In this document: in pieces, positions 1 to 7,041 of the stretch
Position numbering within the stretch: position 1 is the stretch's first letter
Layout of the letters: the number at the start of each line of letters is the position of its first letter
Source of the DNA: Halobacterium salinarum DSM 3754
GTDB lineage: Archaea > Halobacteriota > Halobacteria > Halobacteriales > Halobacteriaceae
Assembly: GCF_008124605.1 (NCBI RefSeq)
Contig: NZ_VRYN01000001.1
Location: 212,772 to 236,771, forward strand
DNA: 24,000 bases
Direction: 5' to 3'
Position numbers and translations under genes: made by a program
Notes under the pieces: model-generated
Databases searched by the model: none
Seen by the model: only the letters and a program-made list of their open reading frames with translations
What the model was told of the DNA's origin: nothing

Positions 1-1
1 G

Positions 2-157
2 GTCGGGATGGTGGCGACCAACCTCGAAGCCGTGGTTCTGCCGGTCGTGTTGAACGCCACTGAGCACGTCGTCGGCATCGGGCTCGCGGGCGTGACGTTC
101 CTGTTCGCGGCCTACCAGCGCCGGCAAGGGATGACGGCAACGGAGGACACGGCATGA
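2..157 (+). CDS. 3' end of an unidentified membrane protein gene (starts upstream of the window)
   Basis: Frame 2 is open from the window edge to the TGA at 155-157. About 52 codons have G/C at nearly every third position. The translation ...VATNLEAVVLPVVLNATEHVVGIGLAGVTFLFAAYQRRQGMTATEDTA contains a hydrophobic helix followed by a basic/polar tail. The stop overlaps the ATG at 154 (ATGA). This ORF is not in the supplied track because no start codon is visible. Confidence 0.45.
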   Translation, partial: VGMVATNLEAVVLPVVLNATEHVVGIGLAGVTFLFAAYQRRQGMTATEDTA

Positions 158-1791
158 GTGGTGCTGCCGTCTTCGTTGACGCGGTCGTTGCGCCCCTCGG
201 CGACGCGGTCGGCGCGATCGGGTTCGGTGCCGCGGCCGCGCTCGGCTACCGGAACTACCGGGACACGGACGCCGAAGCGGCGTTCTGGATGGCGTTCACG
301 TTCGCCTCACTGCTCGGCGTGACGTGGACGGTGTCGCTCATGCTGGAGAAAGCCGGTGTCGCCACGCAGATCTTCAACCTCGCGACGGGGCCGCTGATGG
401 CGACGACAGTGGCGGTGTTCGCGATCGGCGGGACTGCGACGCTGGCCATCGTCGAGGACATGGAGGCGCTGGTCGAGGAGCGCGCCCAGCGCCGCCAGGA
501 GGCCGAGGAAGAGCGCGCCGAGGCGGAGCGCGCCCGCGAGAAAGCCGAACAGAAACAGGCCGAAGCCGAGCGGCAAACGGCCGAGGCCGAATCGGCCAAA
601 CAGGACGCACGGGAACGCAGCGCGGAGATCGAGCAGTTGGCGGCGGACCTCGAATCCCAGGCGACCGAAGTCGGAGCGACGCTGGAAGCGGCGTCGGACG
701 GGGATCTGACCGCCAGGGTGGATGCCACGACCGACAACGCGGAGATCGCCGAAGTGGCAACCGTCGTCAACGACATGCTGACGACGATGGAGCGCACGAT
801 CGACGAGATCCAGGGGTTCTCGACGAACGTCACGACGGCCAGCCGGGAAGCCACCGCCGGCGCGAAGGAGATCCAGGACGCCAGCCAGACGGTCAGCGAG
901 TCCGTCCAGGAGATCGCCGCCGGCACCGACGACCAACGCGAGCAACTGGAGTCGGTCGCCGAGGAGATGGATTCATACTCCGCGACCGTCGAGGAGGTGG
1001 CGGCGACCGCACAGAGCGTCGCGGACACCGCAGCCGACACCACGGACGTCGCGACGGCGGGCAAACAGACCGCCGAGGACGCCATCGACGCGATCGACGC
1101 CGTCCAGGAGACCATGCAGACGACGGTCGCCAACGTCGACGCGCTCGAAGATCTCACGACCGAGATCGACGACATCGCGGAGCTCATCAGCGACATCGCC
1201 GAGCAGACGAACATGCTGGCGTTGAACGCCAACATCGAAGCCGCTCGTGCGGGATCGGGCGGCGGTAGCAACGGGGACGGCTTCGCCGTGGTCGCCGACG
1301 AGGTCAAAGAGCTGGCCACCGAGAGCCAGCGCTCGGCCAAGGACATCGCGGAGCTCATCGAGGAAGTGCAGTCACAGACGGCCACGACGGTCGAGGAGAT
1401 CCGGGTCGCCGAGCAGCGCGTCAACGACGGGGCGGCGGCCGTCGAGGAGACCGTCGACGCGTTCGGGGCGGTGACCGAGAACATCCAGGAGACGACCGAC
1501 GGCGTCCAGGAGATCAGTCAGGCGATGGACGAGCAGGCCCAGCGCTCCGAGCGCGTCGTTTCCAGCGTCGACGACATCGCCACGATCAGCCAGGCAACAG
1601 CCGATCGCGCCGAGAACGTGTCCGCAGCCTCCGAAGAACAGACCGCATCGATCACCGAGGTGACCAGTAGCCTGCAGTCACTGGCCGCGCAGGCGGACAC
1701 CCTCGAAGACCGGTTGAACGAGTTCCGGACCGAGGCCACCGGCACGGCACACGGCGAAGCAACCGACGCGCCCGCCGGACAGTCGGACTGA
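154..1791 (+). CDS. Halobacterial transducer (methyl-accepting taxis protein): about 3 N-terminal hydrophobic segments, no periplasmic domain, single HAMP-like region
   Basis: ATG start, 545 aa. It carries the highly conserved MCP hairpin-tip signature [25 protein letters not shown]...[29 protein letters not shown]-type motif follows a long E/A/R-rich helix. It may correspond to htr7 of H. salinarum, but I cannot verify that assignment. Confidence 0.9.
   Translation: MSGAAVFVDAVVAPLGDAVGAIGFGAAAALGYRNYRDTDAEAAFWMAFTFASLLGVTWTVSLMLEKAGVATQIFNLATGPLMATTVAVFAIGGTATLAIVEDMEALVEERAQRRQEAEEERAEAERAREKAEQKQAEAERQTAEAESAKQDARERSAEIEQLAADLESQATEVGATLEAASDGDLTARVDATTDNAEIAEVATVVNDMLTTMERTIDEIQGFSTNVTTASREATAGAKEIQDASQTVSESVQEIAAGTDDQREQLESVAEEMDSYSATVEEVAATAQSVADTAADTTDVATAGKQTAEDAIDAIDAVQETMQTTVANVDALEDLTTEIDDIAELISDIAEQTNMLALNANIEAARAGSGGGSNGDGFAVVADEVKELATESQRSAKDIAELIEEVQSQTATTVEEIRVAEQRVNDGAAAVEETVDAFGAVTENIQETTDGVQEISQAMDEQAQRSERVVSSVDDIATISQATADRAENVSAASEEQTASITEVTSSLQSLAAQADTLEDRLNEFRTEATGTAHGEATDAPAGQSD
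1192..1238. repeat. 47-bp perfect inverted repeat; partner copy at 2327-2373 inside the convergent transducer gene
   Basis: gacatcgccgagcagacgaacatgctggcgttgaacgccaacatcga at 1192-1238 is the exact reverse complement of 2327-2373. Both copies are codon-aligned and encode [16 protein letters not shown], the MCP hairpin tip. Confidence 0.9.
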
Positions 1792-1812
1792 CCGGCTGCG
1801 GTCTGGTCAGTC
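1786..1812. terminator. Hairpin (8-bp stem gactgacc/ggtcagtc, 11-nt loop) containing the stop codons of both convergent transducer genes
   Basis: Positions 1786-1793 are the reverse complement of 1805-1812. The TGA at 1789-1791 (+ gene) and the tca at 1807-1809 (- gene stop) lie in the two stem arms. Only 15 nt separate the two CDSs. Terminator function is not shown. Confidence 0.25.
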
Positions 1813-4239
1813 GGTCTGCGTGGGCGTGACGTCCCGGTCGGCATCGACCTCGAACTCCGACAGCAGCGCTTTGAGCTGTTCGGCCTGGCCGCTGAGCGAC
1901 TCGACGCTGTCGCTGATCTCGGACATCGACGCGGCCTGCTCCTCTGCGGCGGCGGAGACGCTCTGTGCCTCCCCAGCAGTGGAGTCACTGAGATCCGCGA
2001 CCTCCTCGGTCATCGACACCGCCTCCTCGGTGCTGGCGGCCTGATCGTCGGTGGTGTCGCTGATCTCCTGGACGCCCGTGTCGGTCTCGTCGGCGTGGTC
2101 GGACACTGCGGTGAACGCGTCCACGACCTCCTCGACCGCGTCGATCCCCGCGTCCATGGACTCCTCGGCGGCCCTGGCTTCGGCGACAGTGGCGGTCGTC
2201 TGGGACTGCACCTCGGTGATGCGGCGCTCGATGTCGCCGGCTGACTCCTGGGTTTCCTCGGCGAGGTCCTTGACCTCGTCAGCAACGACCGCGAAGCCGT
2301 CGCCGCTCTTGTCGGCGCGGGCGGCCTCGATGTTGGCGTTCAACGCCAGCATGTTCGTCTGCTCGGCGATGTCCGAGATCAAGTCCACGATCTCGCTGAT
2401 CTCCGCCATCTGGTCGTCGAGGGCCTCGACGTTCTGCACGGTCGCGTCGATTGCCTCCTGCACCGTCAGCGAGCGCTCGATGGCGTCCTCGGCGGTCTGC
2501 TCGCCGTCGCGCGCGATCTCGGCGGTCTGGTGGGAGTGCTCGGCGACCGAATCGGCGGACGCCGCCACCTCCTCGATGGCCGCCGACAGGTCGGTCATCT
2601 CCCCGGACACCGTGTCCAGCATGTTGCGCTGCTCGTCGGCCGCGCCGGCGATCTCCTGGACGGATTCGCTGACCTGGCCGCTGGCGCGCTCGGCGTCGGC
2701 GGCTCCGACTTCGGCCTCCTCGCTGGCGGTGGCGACCGCGTCGGCGAACTCCTGGATGTCGATGATGGTGTGCTCCCACTGCGCGAGCATCTCGTTGAAC
2801 GACGCCGCGATCGCCGCCATCGCCTCGTTGTCCGTGTCGTCGGCGGGCATGCGGCGGGTGAGGTCGCCGTCGGCGCACGCCGCCATCACGTCGCTGTACC
2901 GCTCGGCCTGCGCTTCGAGTTCGGCCGCCAACGCTTCCGCGTCGGCTTTCGCGTCCTCGGCGCGCTCCCGGGCGTCCTCGGCGCGCTCGCGCTCCGCTTC
3001 CGCGTCCTGCTGGGCCTCCGTGGCCTGTTCGCGGGCGGCCTCGGCCTCGTCGATCTGGGTGACCAACGCGTCGCGCATGCTCCCGATGGACGCGAACAGT
3101 TGCCCGATCTCGTCCCGGCGAGAGCTCGCCACGTCAACGTCGTAGTTCCCGGCCTCGATCTCCGCTGCGGCCGCCGAGAGGGACTGCACCGCGGCCGCGG
3201 TGTTGCGCCCGATGGTGCCACCGACCAGGACCACGCCCACGAGCGCGACCAGAATGAACCCGAGGATCCCGGTGCGGATCTGGTTGCTCAACGCGAACGC
3301 GCTCTCGGAGGGCGCGTGCTTGACGACCACCCAGTTCTTCCCGGGCACGGTCGTGTACGCGGCGACGTACTCACGGTCGAGCACGCTGTCTTTCGTCGGG
3401 GTGTTCGTGAACTGTCCCTGCTCGGTGGCCGAGTCGAGCGCCGGGATCTCGGACTGCGACCGGTCCGGGATGTAGGGCTGCCCGACGGCGTCAGTTCCGG
3501 CGTCCGAGAACAACACCGCCGTCGCGTCCGAGGTCGGACGCACGACCTGCGTGAACGTGCCGTCGATGCCGGCACCGAACTGGTCGCTGAGATCCCCCGC
3601 GGTGTACTCCACGACGAGAACGTGTGTCAGGTCCGCTGCGACGCTCATCGAGCTGACGACCCGCTGGCCGCCGGCGGTCCGGTAGGGGTTCGTGGACACC
3701 ACGGTGTCGCGGCCGATGGATCGCGTGCGGTCCACCCACGGGTGGGTGTCCGCCGATACGCGCGTGCCACGGGCGTCCTCGTCGGTGCTTGCAACGATGC
3801 GCGCGTCGCTCGCCCCGCCGACGGTGGGGTCAGCGACGTGGACGTCGGCGATCCGATCGGCGTCCAGTTCGGCCGCCACGAGCTGTGTCACGTACGCCTG
3901 TTTGTCGGCGGCCGTGGTGTTGAACCCGAGCCGCGGGTTGTTCGACGCGATGAGCACGGACTGCTCGTTGCGTTCCAGCCAGTCGCCGATCTCGGTCGCA
4001 TCGGAGACGGCCTCCTGTTCGAGTTGTTGTTCGGTGTTCGCCTCCAGCGTCGCGGTGGCGTCGGCTTGCACCCAGAATCCGCCGGCCGCGATGATCACGA
4101 GGATCACCAGCAACGCGACCGCGAACTTCACCAGGTACGACCGCAGCGGCAGCAAGGCGATGGCTTTCACGCGATCCAGCGGGGCCGTGTCTGTGGACGA
4201 CGGCGAGTTGTCGCCGGCGTCGGCCGTGGGTTCGGACAT
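1807..4239 (-). CDS. cosT: Transducer CosT (Htr5): MCP with a large extracytoplasmic domain that works with the binding protein CosB
   Basis: ATG start, 810 aa. The domain order is TM1 ([22 protein letters not shown]), an extracellular domain of about 280 aa, TM2, HAMP ([19 protein letters not shown]), an E/A-rich helix, ADGDLTRRM and the MCP tip ([42 protein letters not shown]). It lies 4 nt downstream of an OpuBC/ProX-like lipoprotein gene, which matches the published CosB/CosT arrangement in H. salinarum. Confidence 0.85.
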
Positions 4240-4243
4240 GGGG

Positions 4244-5248
4244 TCAGATGAAGTCGTTGTTCTGCAAGTGGTCGGCGGCCGCCTGCTGGTTCCCGCTCGC
4301 AGCGGCGCGACTGTTCAACGCCTGCATCGTCTCCGCGTCGGGGATCGCGTCGGGCATCGTGTTCAGCGCCGCCACCACCGCGTCGGTGGCAACGTCCTCG
4401 TGAACGACGCCGACGGGATGGAAGAACGGCCAGAAGTTCCGGTCGTCGTCGAGCACACGAACGCTGTCGACGTCGGTGAGCCAGGCGCTGGTGCTGTACC
4501 CGACCCCCAGATCGGCGTACCCTTCGTCGACCGCAGTGCCGGCGGCCTGTGCGGACGCGGTCTCCAGGAACTCGCGCTCGGACGCCCACGCGGTCACGCG
4601 CTCGGGGTCGAACTCGTAGTAGTCGAGCAGCGCGTCCAGGCCGTCACTCCGGGAGCGGAACCCGTCGCCGAACGCGGGCCTGATGTCGTAGTTTCGGCTG
4701 TTGACGTGCGCCGCGAGGTCGCTGATCGACTGGATGCCCGTACCTTCGACGGCGCGCTCGGCGACGAACACCGCCCACGTGTTCTGCCAGTCCGCGCGAT
4801 CCAGGATGCGGATCGGGTGTTCGGATTCCATCTCCGATTTCAGCGCGTCGTACTGGGCGTCCGGCGTGTCGAAGTCGGCGCTGTCGTGTTTCGGCGGGTG
4901 CGACGACCACAGCGACCCCATGTAGTCGTAGTAGGCGTGGACGTTCCCGGTCCGGTACGCCTCGGAGATGGCTGCGTTCCCCCCGAAGCCGGTTTCGTCG
5001 ACGAGGGTCGCGTTCGTGGTGTTTGCCAGGAGCTCGTAGGCGACGTATCCGAGCGTCACCTGCTCGCCGTACCCCTTCGAGCCGACAACGATCGACGACG
5101 AGCCACTGTCGCCGCCGCCGGTGGATGTGGTGTCACCACCCCCGGTGATCGTGGTACAGCCAGCGACTGCGGTCGTCCCCCCTGCCGCCAGCATCCCGAG
5201 CAGCTGCCGCCGGCTGCTGGTGCTGGCGTGTTCTGGTGTGTCCATCAT
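4244..5248 (-). CDS. cosB: Compatible-solute (glycine betaine/choline type) substrate-binding lipoprotein CosB
   Basis: ATG start, 334 aa. It has a Tat motif ([10 protein letters not shown]), a lipobox (AVAGC) and a T/G/S-rich linker ([21 protein letters not shown]). The mature part resembles OpuBC/ProX-family binding proteins ([20 protein letters not shown]...[10 protein letters not shown]). Its stop is 4 nt from the cosT ATG. Confidence 0.8.
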
Positions 5249-5272
5249 GTCCGGCTCTAGCCGGACTGTGTC

Positions 5273-5276
5273 AAAA
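5273..5276 (-). promoter_or_regulatory. Weak TATA-like T-run (ACTTTTGACA on the minus strand) at -28..-25 of the cosB ATG
   Basis: Its position relative to the ATG at 5248 fits a leaderless or short-leader haloarchaeal promoter. A similar CTTTTTGCCA element sits at the same distance from the htrII ATG. Confidence 0.25.
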
Positions 5277-5650
5277 GTCCGTTGGCGATAGTATCAACGG
5301 TGATACTCCCATGTGACACAACAATTAGACCTCACAATGATCCGAGAAAGAATGACAGGCATGGACAGCCAGCGGATTGGATGCTTGACGCCGAGTCACA
5401 TCTAGTGTCAGTCAGAGATCCCACGCCAGTGGCAAGCGATAGCGCGGGGACGGGCCGAAAGCTTCCTGACGTGCGGATCCACCACACACTCTCAGTCGGT
5501 TCTGCAGGACTGAACTCCCCTGCCTTGTGCTGGTTGCTGGAATACTAAAACTAATAGCCGGGTTGAACGGTGAAACGCACTGCAATAGCCATAATTCGAT
5601 CATTGTGGACAAGTGAAGGGCAGTCCTTTTCATGCGACAGATGTCATCCC

Positions 5651-5854
5651 GTGACATTTGACGAACATCAGAGACCAAACCGGCGAACGGTACTGAACTC
5701 ATTCGGCGTGGGTGCTGCAGGGATGGCAACGATTCCGGGATTTCGCACATGCACAGCAACAGGATGGCCTGGCAACGGAGATCCAAGCCGACACGAGAAA
5801 ATATCAATTTCTGGTACCGCCACCGCGTCCAGCGAGGAAGATCGGGACGACTAG
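5651..5854 (+). pseudogene. Orphan Tat-signal ORF (67 codons from a GTG), possibly the remnant of a secreted-protein gene
   Basis: GTG at 5651 gives MTFDEHQRPNRRTVLNSFGVGAAGMATIPGF..., a typical haloarchaeal twin-arginine signal. The ORF then stops after about 35 more residues. It lies in the AT-rich island, and the neighbouring frames carry only short ORFs. Confidence 0.25.
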
Positions 5855-6099
5855 GTTCCCGACGGGAGTACGGATCGGTATCACGAGTTCCCGAAGATGG
5901 GTGGCTACAACGTGCGTCCGGGGAACGTGAAGTTCACACACGACGTACGGAAAGCACCTGATCGTCCACGTGGCGGAATCTCTGGGTCGGTTTGCTACAG
6001 TAGTAGAGCGTGTCATAGAAACCGTTCTCAGCGAAGGCAGCAGTTGCACTTGTGTTGGACACACTTCGCGCGCCCTGCTGCTTCGCACGTGCCGCTTTT

Positions 6100-6348
6100 C
6101 TATGACACGCTCCTGAAAAGGAAAACGAGGTCGTAAACTAGAACTACCGCCATACCAAGACCGACTGAGACGAATATTGTCCTTACAAAAAATGGGAGTG
6201 ATATAAAAGTCTGGAACTGTGTCACGGCAATGATTGCAAGCCAACCGAGTATTTGGTACTCTGAAGGCGTTATTCCTCGTTTAGATCGTAATAAAATGAC
6301 TACCGTCGGGGCGACGACGCTAAATCCAATTACGATCCCGTAGTTCAT
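6100..6348 (-). CDS. Hypothetical small membrane protein (82 aa, 2-3 hydrophobic segments) in the AT-rich island
   Basis: ATG start. The sequence MNYGIVIGFSVVAPTVVILL...LGWLAIIAVTQFQTFISLPFFVRTIFVSVGLGMAVVLVYDLVFLF is strongly hydrophobic. An AATATA-like element lies about -29..-21 upstream. Codon usage is AT-rich, unlike the host genes. I recognise no homolog. Confidence 0.3.
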   Translation of the reverse strand: MNYGIVIGFSVVAPTVVILLRSKRGITPSEYQILGWLAIIAVTQFQTFISLPFFVRTIFVSVGLGMAVVLVYDLVFLFRSVS

Positions 6349-7041
6349 TGTTATCTCAATATCTGGAGTATATTGGTTCGGCGAAAAATCTATTCACTTA
6401 CGAGAGTACGATAATCACTCACACTAGGGGACCGCAGTCGCTGTCATGCCTTCCGGATCGCTAATACCGGTGTCAGCGAATAGATACGCATAGCGGACAG
6501 TACAACCCACAGCATCCTTAGCGAAGTGGTTGATAGCCGCAGAGATCATACATCCCGCCGTAACTACCTGCAAACGTAATTGCGACCGGAGATGCAGCAG
6601 CGGCGACTGCCGACAAGCCCGCTCCGAGCGACTGCGAACAGGACGGAACGCAGAGAGAAAGGGTGGATCGAACGGTTCTGTGGACCTGGTTTGAGTCGAT
6701 TGCCGGAGGATCATATCTCAGAATAGTTCGTCGGTTAGCCGGAGAAGAGTCGATCTCAAAGTTCGATCCGCAGGAAAGAACGTACCCAGGGACAGGCCAC
6801 GCAGTTGACCCGAAGACAGCATGCGAATCTCAGAAGGTAGGATTCTAAAATACTGTTTATAACTCCGTTAGACAATAGTGCAAATCGCACGTAAGTTCCA
6901 ACATTAGTTATGAGGCCTCGGCACTCATAGGGCTCGTCGTCCCACGGGAGCCACCCCGGGTCGGCCCGGTGGTGTCGTCATCGGCCAGTCGATAGCACGG
7001 CGGACAGCGGAAAGACGTTGCTGGTCTGGACCCGCTGGTCG

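Noticed and set aside
255-1484. A 409-aa minus-strand ORF antisense to the first transducer. Similar long shadow ORFs lie in and around the other Htr genes (307-945, 324-1268, 2051-3145, 2279-2878, 2530-4251, 3692-5260, 7776-8681, 8281-8949, 8555-9169).
   Set aside because: Their products are Ser/Ala/Thr- or Arg/Gly/Pro-rich low-complexity strings with no motifs. They are what GA(G/C)/GC(C/G)-rich coding DNA gives when read antisense or out of frame. Stop codons are rare at this GC content, and the sense frames have unambiguous MCP homology.
6665-6769. A 9-bp inverted repeat GGATCGAAC/GTTCGATCC (6665-6673 / 6761-6769) enclosing a direct repeat GAGTCGAT (6693-6700, 6747-6754), considered as a MITE or IS end.
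   Set aside because: Several 9-bp matches are expected by chance in about 1.7 kb. There are no target-site duplications, no longer terminal repeats and no transposase.
6951-6972. An imperfect GC hairpin (ccaccCCGGGtcggCCCGGtgg) about 70 nt downstream of sopII, considered as a terminator.
   Set aside because: It has a bulged stem and no adjacent T-tract, and it is far from the stop codon. GC-rich dyads of this size are common by chance here.
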